Shown: positions 29,895 to 39,817, numbered from the stretch's first letter. The stretch is DNA of 64,000 nucleotides from Methanobacteriota archaeon (GCA_020348345.1 CP070748.1:449210-513209); one strand, 5' to 3'. Notes: generated by a model not told the origin, from the sequence alone. Translations and numbers: made by a program.

Positions 29895-31061
29895 TCAGCT
29901 GTTGTAGTCATCCAGGAAGTCGCCCCATCCTGTGTCTATTGCGAACGCAACTTCTGTAAGATACGCAGGACCGGAATACGGCCAATCGCCGCCCGTTCCC
30001 CAGTATATCGATATGCCACCGCATGCAGCTGCGTAGGGGCCGTTCCAATAGGCGATCACCGACGAGTCAACAAGGTCTATTACATCCTGGGCCGCTGCCC
30101 TGAGCGTCGCGTCCTTGATCTTTGAATTAGCCAGGAGGTTAACGCACAGATCCTCAAGGTCGAGATGCTTGCTCGTCGCGTACATGGTGTAGGTGTCTCT
30201 AATGACCTTCTTGTATTCCCTCGCATACGATCCCAGGTTGTCATGCATCGCAGCGCACCAGTCGTTCAGCGCAGAGGTCTGCTGGCCGAGACTTACGATG
30301 TCTATTGCTGAGAGACATACCGATTGCGCCCAGTTCAACGGGTCGTAGTAGACTCCCCACCCGTCAACCATATCGGTCGCCACCTGTGCAGGCGTCCTCG
30401 AAGGATCGTTCGCTACTGGAGTGAACATCAGGTCGTACGGGTACCCGTTCATCGGAATCGTCTCTTCGGAGCCTACAACAATCCCCACCTGTCCGGTCAA
30501 TTCCACCTGATAGGCGACTTCCACCGCCGCCATGTTGCATGCGTCAAAGGCGAGAATATCGATGTACACTCCGGCGTTCTCAATTGCCGCCTGCAGCTCC
30601 GGCATCTTGATCTCGTCGTTAGAGGTCTGGTCGTCGCTGAAGTACCTCCATGCATAACCATGGTCCCAGCCAATCACTGCGAGGTTATCCGAAGGATAGA
30701 GCGTTGATGTTTCGGTCAAGAACCACTGGAAGGTCGCTCCGTCTCCGTAGTTCTTCTCCTCGTAGGTGTCAACCACTGTTATTGATCCATCAGATATCTC
30801 GTACAGCACTGTGCCGTTCTGTGCCACCCAGTCCATGAAGGCGACTACATTCACCCCGGAACTGGCCGGTATGTTCTTCAATGCGGGAAGGCTGTATTCA
30901 TCCCAATAACGCTCCAGATCGTTGTCCCCATTGACGTAGAGTGCAACGGTCCAAGATTCCCCTTCTCCTCTCGCGTGCTGAACAAATGTCATGCTCGGCA
31001 CGATCAAGAGGGCGGCAACAAATGCACCTAGACACAACTTGGTGTAACATCCCCTCATCAT
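29895..31061 (-). CDS. Secreted clostripain-family (C11) cysteine peptidase, paralog
   Basis: Signal peptide, WTVALYVNGDNDLE, WDHG, FDAC, GSEE. Confidence 0.9.
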   Translation of the reverse strand: MMRGCYTKLCLGAFVAALLIVPSMTFVQHARGEGESWTVALYVNGDNDLERYWDEYSLPALKNIPASSGVNVVAFMDWVAQNGTVLYEISDGSITVVDTYEEKNYGDGATFQWFLTETSTLYPSDNLAVIGWDHGYAWRYFSDDQTSNDEIKMPELQAAIENAGVYIDILAFDACNMAAVEVAYQVELTGQVGIVVGSEETIPMNGYPYDLMFTPVANDPSRTPAQVATDMVDGWGVYYDPLNWAQSVCLSAIDIVSLGQQTSALNDWCAAMHDNLGSYAREYKKVIRDTYTMYATSKHLDLEDLCVNLLANSKIKDATLRAAAQDVIDLVDSSVIAYWNGPYAAACGGISIYWGTGGDWPYSGPAYLTEVAFAIDTGWGDFLDDYNS

Positions 31062-31402
31062 ACATCCCTCCGGAAGCCAAGGTCCTTACAATTGTGAAAG
31101 ACTTCCAGCGTCGGGGTGATGGACTACTGACTATTTCAATACTCTATCATGCTCAGCAAGGCATGACGTGGGATCAACTATTCGGCAAACGTTAAACCTT
31201 TTTGGCAACGCTGCGAATGATTTGCCCGGAATTCGGACAAGACCATGAAGAATAGCAGCTCCTGCCCTATGTCGGTGTTAACACTAGGGGAGGCTGTGCA
31301 AGGCTCACCTTTGCTGCAGCGAAGCCGGACATCGCTCTGCCGAATGGCTCCGGCGAAACGATTATCTGCACAATTCACGCTTCAAGTGAACAGGTGGAAG
31401 AA

Positions 31403-31693
31403 ATGATGGATGTGTCCAGATTGAATGGTACGAAGGTGATTGCCGCCGATTCGTTCACATTGGGCGAAGTGGATGGCGCGAATGTCGACACGAAGCAGTG
31501 GAGAGTAACCCATTTGAAGGTAGGCCTGAGCGATGACGCGACCCGTGAGCTGGGATTCAGCAAGCCTCTCCTCGGCTCGGTGAAGATATGTCTGCCTGTA
31601 GAGAACATCGCAGGCTACGGGGATGTCGTCACTCTGAAGAAATCTCTCATGGAGCTCAAAGGATCGGACATGTGTAAATCGAAGGGCAAGTAG
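31403..31693 (+). CDS. PRC-barrel domain protein
   Basis: LNGTKVIAADSFTLGEVD..VDTKQWRV...GDVVTL. Confidence 0.78.
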   Translation: MMDVSRLNGTKVIAADSFTLGEVDGANVDTKQWRVTHLKVGLSDDATRELGFSKPLLGSVKICLPVENIAGYGDVVTLKKSLMELKGSDMCKSKGK

Positions 31694-31833
31694 CACTCGA
31701 GCGCGCAATAGCCGCCGCGCGCTGATCCAAGAGTCGGCAATTCTCCACTGACTGGGCCGAACATAGTGAGGAATCTATTGGTGGAGATAGCGTACATACA
31801 CATCGGCTCAGAAACGGTGCGATTGCGCGGAGG

Positions 31834-31933
31834 TGCTCCCGCCGGGATTTGAACCCGGGTATCGAGCTTTCACCGGCATCCTATTGAACGCCACGAGAGG
31901 CTCGAATGATTGGCCGGACTACACTACGGGAGC
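31834..31933 (-). tRNA. tRNA-Glu(CTC) with a 25-nt intron at 37/38 (31869-31893)
   Basis: GCTCCCG/CGGGAGC acceptor, CGAGC/GCTCG anticodon stem, TTCAAAT T-loop; CCA not fully encoded. Confidence 0.93.
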
Positions 31934-32119
31934 CTGGTCGAAGCATCCAAAATGGAGTGAATTACATAAACGTTTGGGAGCTTCGATTCAAGCCCTCAAA
32001 GCTCGCCGACGCGCCCACCGGAGCAGGGCGGCTCCCTTCTCTCAGCGTCTCAAGATCGTTGCCGCCGTTCACGAAGTGTGCAATGCGCGGGAACCGCCTC
32101 GCGCTGCGAAAGACCTTCG

Positions 32120-32938
32120 TCAGATGTCTTCGTCCCCATCCCTCCAATCGAGGCCAGGGGTTCTCAATCCGATCTTCACCACTGATGGGAACTTGCGCTT
32201 GTGCGATGATAGCCGAACCATTTTCAATATCCTCCTCACCTCTTCGAGGGGGGCTCCCGTGTCCTTAGCAATCTCTCTGTCATCCTTTGATAGTTCTATA
32301 CCCCTCAGAATTGCATCAAGCTCGTCGTAGGGCATGCCGATGTCATTCTCATCAGTCTGACCCTCCCATAGGCCAGCAGAAGGAGGACGGTCAATGATGG
32401 TCTGGGGTATATCAAGGCGTTCCGCTAGCTGACGAACCTCTGTTTTGTACAGGTCCCCAATTGGCTCGAGATCTACTCCTCCATCGCCGTATTTTGTGAA
32501 ATATCCAATCAAGAGCTCGCTCTTGTTGCTGGTTCCGAGCACCAATCGTCCGTCTCGGTTTGCGAAATGGTAGAGAATGATCATTCTGCATCGAGCCTTG
32601 ATGTTCGCCATGGATTCCTTGCTCACGTCATTGCCAAGAGTTTCTGAGAAGGCGCTGATGAGGTCGGTTATGTCGTAGGTTTCGCAAGATACTCCGACCA
32701 TCCCACAGAGCAATTTCGCATCGCTCAGGTCTCTCTTCGGCGAATCCTTCTCAGGCATTATCAACGCCAGAACGCTGTCCTTTCCCACCGCTCTCGCAGC
32801 GAGGCTTAGCACCACAGCGGAGTCAACGCCTCCACTCAACCCCAGCACATATCCCTTTGCCCCAGCCTTTCTGAGCTTCTCCTCGAGGAAGTGCTCGATG
32901 ATCTTCTCAGTGCCTGGCTTCAGAACAGGTTCGCTCAT
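32120..32938 (-). CDS. nadE: NAD+ synthetase (single domain)
   Basis: LSGGVDS, NIKAR, GYFTKYGDG, PSAGLW.GQTDE. Confidence 0.95.
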   Translation of the reverse strand: MSEPVLKPGTEKIIEHFLEEKLRKAGAKGYVLGLSGGVDSAVVLSLAARAVGKDSVLALIMPEKDSPKRDLSDAKLLCGMVGVSCETYDITDLISAFSETLGNDVSKESMANIKARCRMIILYHFANRDGRLVLGTSNKSELLIGYFTKYGDGGVDLEPIGDLYKTEVRQLAERLDIPQTIIDRPPSAGLWEGQTDENDIGMPYDELDAILRGIELSKDDREIAKDTGAPLEEVRRILKMVRLSSHKRKFPSVVKIGLRTPGLDWRDGDEDI

Positions 32939-33036
32939 CAGGCCTGGGATGGGCCAGTTTGGATATAGCCGTTATGGTCATTTCGCTTCCGGAGCCCAAC
33001 CCTAATCATAATCTACTGAAAAACCCGTCATCGTCT

Positions 33037-33879
33037 ATGATGACTAAGGTCTCATTGACCCTGGCTCAAATCAAGTGTCAACTGCATGATAAGGATGCGA
33101 ACCTAGAGATCATGCGAAAGACAGTGAGCCAAGCTGAGGGTGATATTGTTGTCTTTCCCGAGCTCAACCTGACCGGGTATATGCCGCGTGACGACCTTTT
33201 CAGAATAGCTGAGCCCATCGACGGACCAACGGTCAGTAGCGTTCAGAATCTTGCAGAGGACACTGGAAAGGACATTGTCTTCGGCTTTCCTGTCAAGGAC
33301 GAGGAGATTCATGGCCACCTATTCAACTCATGCTTGCTAGCTGCTGGAGATGGCCGAATATTCAGGTACGACAAGATGTACCTCCCGACCTTCGGGCCTT
33401 TCGAGGAGCGTGTGTTCTTTGCGAGCGGCAAGGCGCCAGTTGTCGCTGATGGCATTCACGCGAGAATAGGCCTGACTGTTTGCTACGACCTCTTCTTTCC
33501 GGAACTAGCCAAGCTTGAGGCGTTGCGCGGCGCTCAGCTCCTCGTGAACATCTCAGCCGCTCCAACGACGTCGTGGCCTAGCTTCGAGAAGATCATGCCA
33601 GCGAGAGCCATCGAGAATGGTGTGTTCCTGGTGTATGTCAACATGGTGGGCGTGCATGGGGGCTTGGTTTTCAGCGGTGGAAGCACGCTTGTCGATCCGA
33701 GAGGTGAGATAATCCTCAGGGCGCCCGCTCTAAAGGAGAGTGTATCGGAGGCAACAATCGACTTGGACGACATCGCTATTGCCAGGAGGACGAGGCCGCT
33801 GATGCGCGATATCCGTCCCGAGATCATCGCAGAGATAGGATCCATGCTGCGTGAAGACCGTTCGTGGAGAGGCAACTGA
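33037..33879 (+). CDS. Carbon-nitrogen hydrolase (nitrilase superfamily)
   Basis: E-K-C triad in FPEL, YDK and VCYD; ARAIEN. Confidence 0.9.
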   Translation: MMTKVSLTLAQIKCQLHDKDANLEIMRKTVSQAEGDIVVFPELNLTGYMPRDDLFRIAEPIDGPTVSSVQNLAEDTGKDIVFGFPVKDEEIHGHLFNSCLLAAGDGRIFRYDKMYLPTFGPFEERVFFASGKAPVVADGIHARIGLTVCYDLFFPELAKLEALRGAQLLVNISAAPTTSWPSFEKIMPARAIENGVFLVYVNMVGVHGGLVFSGGSTLVDPRGEIILRAPALKESVSEATIDLDDIAIARRTRPLMRDIRPEIIAEIGSMLREDRSWRGN

Positions 33880-33957
33880 TTGGGCGAGATGTGTCCTCGG
33901 TCCATTGTTCGCAAATCGGATATTCTTAAATACGAACATCAATCTGAAGGTACCCAA

Positions 33958-34069
33958 GCTGAGGTGGCCCAGCCCGGTAAGGCGCGAGCCTGGAGTCTTG
34001 TTGAAGAATCAAGCCCGCTAGCTCGTGGCGCTTTGCGCCTCGGGAGTTCGAATCTCCCCCTCAGCGCCA
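33958..34069 (+). tRNA. tRNA-Ser(GGA) with a 24-nt intron at 37/38 (33996-34019)
   Basis: GCTGAGG/CCTCAGC acceptor, long variable arm, G73, encoded CCA, upstream CTTAAATA TATA box. Confidence 0.93.
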
Positions 34070-34133
34070 TAGCGTTCTTATCCCTCTTAATATAACGATG
34101 TGAAACACATTAATAGCCGGCCTGCAAATCACT

Positions 34134-36137
34134 ATGACTGGGATCGGCGAGAAGTTGCCCGCACCATCCGTGAATAAGATTCGCGTGCTGCTGATAGACG
34201 ATGAGCCCGAGTTTCTCGATCTGACCAAGTTCTTCCTAAGCCGAGAGGACTCCATCGAAGTGACGGTGGCGTCTTCAGCGAAGGATGGTCTGGACAAGCT
34301 TCAGGAAGAGCAGATTGATGCCGTGGTGTCCGACTACTCCATGCCAGGAATCGACGGGCTCGAGCTTCTGAAGATCATTCGCGCCCGGGGCCTGGACATA
34401 CCATTTATTCTGCTGACAGGCAAAGGCAGGGAGGATGTTGCGATTGAGGCGTTGAACTCGGGCGCTGACTTCTATGTCCGCAAGGGCACTGATCCGAGGA
34501 CGCAGTTCGCGGACATCACGAACGCCATAAAAGTGGGCGTGGAAAGGAAGAGGGCAGTCGATGAGTCATCTCTGAGCAGCAGGTTCCTGTCCCGAGTGTT
34601 CACCAGCATTCGAGATGGTATATGCGTATTGGACAAAGACAGGACCATACTGATGGCGAACGCAGCGGTAGAGGAGTGGTATCCCCATCTGCGCCCTATA
34701 GTCGGAAAGAAATGTTGGGAGGTCTTCCACCCCTCATCTGAAGAGGAGCACGACACCGATTGCCCTGGTAAGAGGACCATAGGCACAGGTGAGGCGAGCA
34801 GGGAGCTGTTGCGCAGATTCGACGCCAACGGAAATCAGACGGGTTGGATTGAGATGTTTGCCTTCCCCCTTGTTGAGGGCGAGCCAGGCGAGGTGGTCGG
34901 CGTGATCGAATATGCGCGCGATATCACCGAACTACAGGCGACTCGGGAGCGCTTGATTGATGAGCTTGACACCCACGGAGCGCTCGATGAGGTATCCAGA
35001 GCCCTCATATGTCCTCCGTCCACAATCAAGGAGATATCGAGGCTTGTTCTCGAAAGCGCGAAGAAGCTGACGAATAGTCAGCACGGGTACGTCTCCTCGG
35101 TCGATCCCGTCACCAAAAGCATAATAAGTTGGACAATAACGGACATGCTTGGAAAGGAGTGTTCCGTGCCCGGTGGAAGCATCGAGTTCCGGGTTGGCCC
35201 TGATGGTCGATACCCTCGTCTGTGGGGACACTCTATGAACACCGGCGAGCCATTCATAGCAAATAACCCTGAGGAGCACGAATTATATACGGGAGTCCCC
35301 GACGGACACATCAAACTCAGAAACTACATATCTGTCCCTGCGGTCATCGGTGGCGAGATTGTAGGCCAGGTGGCTCTCGCAAACTCCTCTCGCGCCTATG
35401 GCGAGAAGGACATTGGAATCATCATGCGTCTCGCACACGTCTACGCAATGGCCGTCATACACGAGCGCGATGTGGCTGCTCTCAAGGAGGCGAACGAGAG
35501 GCTGCGGGTGCTTGGGCAGCTAACCCAACATGACGCATTGAACCAAATAACAGTGATGGAGGGTTGGCTGGCGCTCGCGAAGGACTCAAACGACGATACG
35601 AAGATCAATGACATCTTACCCAAGATAGCAGCTTCGGCCGAGGCTCTTCGGGCTCAGACGGAATTCGCGGTCGAGTATGAACGCCTCGGTGCCAAGGAAT
35701 TCAGATGGATAAGTCTGCCGGATGCGTGTCGTGAAGCATCGTCTGTTATCGAACTCGAAAGCATCAATATGAAGTGCGAGATCGGGGACGTAGAGATTCT
35801 CGCTGATCCGATGTTCAGCAAAGTCTTCCAGAACCTGTTCAGCAATTCGGTCAAACACGGGGAGCATGTGACCACCATTACGATTAGAGCAGAGGAAGTG
35901 ACAGATGGTCTAAGAGTCACCTATGAGGATGATGGTGTGGGAATAGACCCCGAAAGCAAGGAAGCTGTGTTCGAAGCGGGAATCGGCAGGAATACCGGGC
36001 TAGGCCTCTATCTCGTAAAAGAACTCCTGAAGACCTGCAAGATGACTATCAGAGAAACGGGAGAGTACGGCAAAGGTGCCGTGTTTGAGATCAACGTTCC
36101 GCCAGACCGCTTTCGAATCCAGAATAGTTCTGGGTGA
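34134..36137 (+). CDS. Hybrid sensor histidine kinase (REC-PAS-GAF-HisKA-HATPase)
   Basis: IDDE/SDYSMP receiver, PAS (GKKCWEVF), GAF, QHDALN H-box, DDGVG and GLGL. Confidence 0.9.
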   Translation: MTGIGEKLPAPSVNKIRVLLIDDEPEFLDLTKFFLSREDSIEVTVASSAKDGLDKLQEEQIDAVVSDYSMPGIDGLELLKIIRARGLDIPFILLTGKGREDVAIEALNSGADFYVRKGTDPRTQFADITNAIKVGVERKRAVDESSLSSRFLSRVFTSIRDGICVLDKDRTILMANAAVEEWYPHLRPIVGKKCWEVFHPSSEEEHDTDCPGKRTIGTGEASRELLRRFDANGNQTGWIEMFAFPLVEGEPGEVVGVIEYARDITELQATRERLIDELDTHGALDEVSRALICPPSTIKEISRLVLESAKKLTNSQHGYVSSVDPVTKSIISWTITDMLGKECSVPGGSIEFRVGPDGRYPRLWGHSMNTGEPFIANNPEEHELYTGVPDGHIKLRNYISVPAVIGGEIVGQVALANSSRAYGEKDIGIIMRLAHVYAMAVIHERDVAALKEANERLRVLGQLTQHDALNQITVMEGWLALAKDSNDDTKINDILPKIAASAEALRAQTEFAVEYERLGAKEFRWISLPDACREASSVIELESINMKCEIGDVEILADPMFSKVFQNLFSNSVKHGEHVTTITIRAEEVTDGLRVTYEDDGVGIDPESKEAVFEAGIGRNTGLGLYLVKELLKTCKMTIRETGEYGKGAVFEINVPPDRFRIQNSSG

Positions 36138-36156
36138 AGGCAATCGTTTTTAATCG

Positions 36157-36846
36157 ATGGCACTAATTCGTGGGCAACGGAGGCGGTCGCCGACGTCTGG
36201 CACTTCTGATGGGCAGGGCATCTTTCCACGGTCTAAACAGCGAGTGATAGAGGCAGAACTATCGTGGATCTCGAGCCTCGTTCTGTTCTTTGCCACGGTC
36301 TATTCAGTACTTAAGTTCGATATAATATGGATAGGGTTCGGAATCTTCGCACTGTCCTTGTATGTCCTTCCAATCGTATCAACGCGAGATCCATTCAAAG
36401 CCATTCCTTGGGAGATAACGATCCTGCTCTCGTCGCCCATGCTCTTGCATATCTCTGAAGGCTCCCAAATGATGAGTGATCAGTTCGCATGGTGGGACGA
36501 TCTCACGTCTTTGGCCTTTGCATTCTCACTGTCAACGATTGGCTTCCTGCTGACAGTGGAGCTTGAGATGTATACGAGCGTCCGCATGAATCGCCCGTTC
36601 TCCGTGTTCTTCGTTGTGATGTTCACGCTCTCAGAATCTGGCTTCTGGATGCTCGCGTTATATGTTGGTGATTCGCTCTTCGGAACGACGAACTTGCAGT
36701 CGAACGACGATGTTATGCGAGAGTTCGTGTGGATTCTTATTGGCGGAATTCTGATGGGATTCCTGTACGCGGCCTACATAAGAGCTATGTCTGACCACAG
36801 GAGCAAGACGCTAGGGCTCATTCATGTGTGGGAGGTGAAGAATTGA
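36157..36846 (+). CDS. Multi-TM membrane protein, degenerate paralog of the downstream gene
   Basis: About 6 hydrophobic segments; WWDDLT and DVMREF echo the downstream motifs. Confidence 0.7.
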   Translation: MALIRGQRRRSPTSGTSDGQGIFPRSKQRVIEAELSWISSLVLFFATVYSVLKFDIIWIGFGIFALSLYVLPIVSTRDPFKAIPWEITILLSSPMLLHISEGSQMMSDQFAWWDDLTSLAFAFSLSTIGFLLTVELEMYTSVRMNRPFSVFFVVMFTLSESGFWMLALYVGDSLFGTTNLQSNDDVMREFVWILIGGILMGFLYAAYIRAMSDHRSKTLGLIHVWEVKN

Positions 36847-37487
36847 GAAAAAGCCTGAAGTTCGCCTCCAGAATCATGCAGGGGGGAATGGTTGCACTGG
36901 CGATTTCTGGCGTTCTTGCCGGGGAACTAACATATGTTCCCGCAGCCCTCATTGCGATATTCGTAAGCGAATTGCCTAGTATCTTCAGGAGGGATCTCAA
37001 GATAGTACTGCCCATTGAGCTGAACCTGTGGATTGTCACGGCGCTATTTATCCACGTATTGGGCAGTTTCTCGGGGTTCTATGATAACGTCCCGGGATGG
37101 GATCATCTCACCCATGCAATGTCCGCGTCGCTGATAGCCGCGCTCGGATTCATCCTTGTAGCTTCTATTGACAAGTACGCCGAAAGCATCTACCTTCCTC
37201 GAATCTTCCTTGCGCTTCTGATAGTCATGCTAACGATGGGCGTTGGCGTGATATGGGAGATAACGGAATACTTGATTGACTCCGCAACGGGCAGCCATCT
37301 GCAATACTCTCTTGACGACACCATGAGGGATCTTCTTTTCGACACTATCGGCGGAATAGTGGTAGCATTCGGCGGTGCCTACTATCTCAGCCACACAACT
37401 CTAGACCACTTCGTTGACGGATTTCAGATGTCGGCCGCAAAGGATCGTGTGAGCCTGATGATCGAAAGGCGAAAGGAAAGAACCTAG
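36843..37487 (+). CDS. Multi-TM membrane protein with H/E/D motifs (DUF2238/YjdF-like)
   Basis: WDHLTH, GVIWEITEY, DTMRDL; TTGA overlap. Confidence 0.75.
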   Translation: MRKSLKFASRIMQGGMVALAISGVLAGELTYVPAALIAIFVSELPSIFRRDLKIVLPIELNLWIVTALFIHVLGSFSGFYDNVPGWDHLTHAMSASLIAALGFILVASIDKYAESIYLPRIFLALLIVMLTMGVGVIWEITEYLIDSATGSHLQYSLDDTMRDLLFDTIGGIVVAFGGAYYLSHTTLDHFVDGFQMSAAKDRVSLMIERRKERT

Positions 37488-38098
37488 TCCCACCATTCCA
37501 ACCCATACTTCTTCACTGAAGATGCAAGCACCTCCTCAGAGTTGATGTTGACGAAGCTCACCAGTTCAGGATCAACAGTTCTCAATTCCTCCTCCTCTAC
37601 AATCGCGAGATCAAGGAGGCCGAAGGCCTCCTTAGGCCTCAGCACTCCTTCCTTTATGACTTGTTGAAAGGCTTTGAGACACGGCCCCCTCTTGTAAATA
37701 GCATGCAGTGGCTCGAGATAGCCACGGACGCGCGGAACTGCACCGTCTTTGCCAACACCCATCGCAGCTATTTTCTCGCAGACTTCCCTGCGAAGGAGAG
37801 GAGTGTCACATGGGCTAGCGAGCACGTACTCTCCATGTGAAGCTTCTAAGGCAGTAACGAGCCCTCGAATGGGGCCTTCTCCCGTTCGCTCGTCTTCCAC
37901 AACCAGGATATCGTTTCCAAGGAGATGGGCGTAGTAAGGCTTTCTGCCAGGGGCAACCGACATGACTATTTCGTCTGCGAGCTGCTGAAGCACCGCTATG
38001 ACATGGGATATCATTGTGCGGGATCCGAAATCAGCCAACGCCTTCTCTTTGCCGAAGCGACTGCTTGTGCCTCCTGCCAGGACCGCTCCCGTGATCAT
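37484..38098 (-). CDS. mobA: Molybdenum cofactor guanylyltransferase
   Basis: LAGG.SSRFG.EK, GPIRG, PCDTP, EPLHAIY, NIN. Confidence 0.9.
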   Translation of the reverse strand: MITGAVLAGGTSSRFGKEKALADFGSRTMISHVIAVLQQLADEIVMSVAPGRKPYYAHLLGNDILVVEDERTGEGPIRGLVTALEASHGEYVLASPCDTPLLRREVCEKIAAMGVGKDGAVPRVRGYLEPLHAIYKRGPCLKAFQQVIKEGVLRPKEAFGLLDLAIVEEEELRTVDPELVSFVNINSEEVLASSVKKYGLEWWD

Positions 38099-38216
38099 TT
38101 CAGGAGGGGTAGAAGCTGACTGGTCATCAAACTTTCCCGAGCTGCGGTGTTTGCCCTAATGCGCTTGCCAAAAGAGTTATAGGCGCCTAGCATTGTGGGC
38201 ATCAGCAGGCTTCGAG

Positions 38217-39263
38217 ATGTCGAAAATCACCTTGTCCCAGGGAGCCGGCGGGGAAAAGATGCAGGAGCTCATCAGGAACTTCGTGCTCAAGGAGCTGGAG
38301 CACGACTATGGCGAAGTACCGCTTTCGGCCCTTGATGACGCTGCGATAGTTGATGGAATAGCGTTCACAACTGATACCTACACTGTCAAGCCTCTCTTCT
38401 TCCCTGGAGGCAATATCGGCAGCCTTGCCGTGGCGGGAACGGTTAACGACGTATCCGTGATGGGCGCATACCCAGTCGCACTGTCCTGCGGCATGATAAT
38501 CGAGGAAGGATTCCCAGAAAGCGATTTGCGAACCATACTGGCAAGTGCAAACCTAACAGCTCGGAAGGCTGACGTGAAGATAGTCACCGGCGACACAAAG
38601 GTCGTGGAGAAGGGCGCGGCCGATGGCTTGTTCGTTAATACGAGTGGAATTGGGAAGCGCTCGCCCCATCTTGATGGCAACATCGATAGAATACGCACAT
38701 CAAGGAGGTATCCGTGGAATTGGCCCAACGATTCCGGATTGTCCGACGGAGACGTCCTGATAGTGTCAGGACCTATTGGCAACCATGGCGTAGCTCTTCT
38801 CTCTGCTCGCGAGGGATATGGATTTGAGACGACGATCAGAACCGATGCAGCTCCGCTGAACGGCCTGATAGAGTCCGCCCTTAAAATCGGCGGCATCACA
38901 GCCATGAAGGACCCCACACGTGGCGGGCTGGCGAACCTGTTGAACGAATGGTCTGAGAAATCCAATATTGGTCTCACTGTCAAGGAAGAGGACTTGCCGA
39001 TAGACTCTGGTGTGCTCTCCGCTTGCGAGATGCTTGGCATTGACCCACTTGAGATTGGCAACGAGGGAAAGGTTGTCTTCGCCGTTGTGCCAGAAGCTTC
39101 GAAGGACGTCCTCGACGCAGTGAAAGCATCGCCCGAGGGACGACATGCAATGATTATCGGCGAGGCATCCTCTGACATAGATGGTGTCGTCCTGGAAACA
39201 TATACTGGCGGCAAACGCATTGTAGAGTCACCAATCGGAGACCCCGTACCCAGAATATGCTGA
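38217..39263 (+). CDS. hypE: Hydrogenase maturation protein HypE
   Basis: GTVNDV, GDTKVV, DPTRGG, C-terminal PRIC. Confidence 0.96.
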   Translation: MSKITLSQGAGGEKMQELIRNFVLKELEHDYGEVPLSALDDAAIVDGIAFTTDTYTVKPLFFPGGNIGSLAVAGTVNDVSVMGAYPVALSCGMIIEEGFPESDLRTILASANLTARKADVKIVTGDTKVVEKGAADGLFVNTSGIGKRSPHLDGNIDRIRTSRRYPWNWPNDSGLSDGDVLIVSGPIGNHGVALLSAREGYGFETTIRTDAAPLNGLIESALKIGGITAMKDPTRGGLANLLNEWSEKSNIGLTVKEEDLPIDSGVLSACEMLGIDPLEIGNEGKVVFAVVPEASKDVLDAVKASPEGRHAMIIGEASSDIDGVVLETYTGGKRIVESPIGDPVPRIC

Positions 39264-39282
39264 TGGCATCTTGCCTAGACGC

Positions 39283-39768
39283 CTATGCCTCAATGAGTTC
39301 CGCTACTATCTTCTCCACAATCGAGGGGACAGCGGCAGCCACATTCGGTGTGAGGCTCTCACTGACGTTGACGACGTCCGCCGCCTCGACAGCCACGAAT
39401 CGAATGTTGGATGGCATCCTATCCCCTACAAGACGCCTTCCGAGCGCCAAGGCCGTGGCTATATTGATGCCGTGAGGCGATGCGCCGTGGACGGTTCTCT
39501 CGAAGTCGCCTTCTTGCATCGTATGTAATTCCCCCGGGGTGCCGCTCTCGGTTACAATAGCGTCTATTATGACGACATTGTCGTAGTCCAGAACCATGTC
39601 GAGGAGTTCTAGGCCACTTGCCGGCAACTCCTCAACGTCCACACCTGGGAGGGCTCTCTCCTTCAACTTACGGGCGATGTGTATTCCGACGCCGTCATCG
39701 GAGAGAATCGGGTTTCCTACGCCAACAACAAGGGTCTTCTTGCGTCGGCCTTTGCCATTCAGTGTCAT
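39283..39768 (-). CDS. Hydrogenase maturation endopeptidase (HycI/HybD family)
   Basis: GVGNPILSDDGVG, IIDA, SPH. Confidence 0.92.
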   Translation of the reverse strand: MTLNGKGRRKKTLVVGVGNPILSDDGVGIHIARKLKERALPGVDVEELPASGLELLDMVLDYDNVVIIDAIVTESGTPGELHTMQEGDFERTVHGASPHGINIATALALGRRLVGDRMPSNIRFVAVEAADVVNVSESLTPNVAAAVPSIVEKIVAELIEA

Positions 39769-39817
39769 TTGGTGAGTCCTCTCATGCCGCTTCAACCTTA
39801 AGAAAAATATGTTGTCG

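Noticed and set aside
31833-32330. 165-aa and 120-aa ORFs
   Set aside because: They overlap tRNA-Glu and nadE in antisense and are spurious.
33880-34095. 71-aa ORF
   Set aside because: It coincides with tRNA-Ser and its promoter.
28497-36137. Integrated element at tRNA-Glu or tRNA-Ser
   Set aside because: No integrase, transposase or duplicated tRNA 3' end seen; the flanking genes are ordinary.
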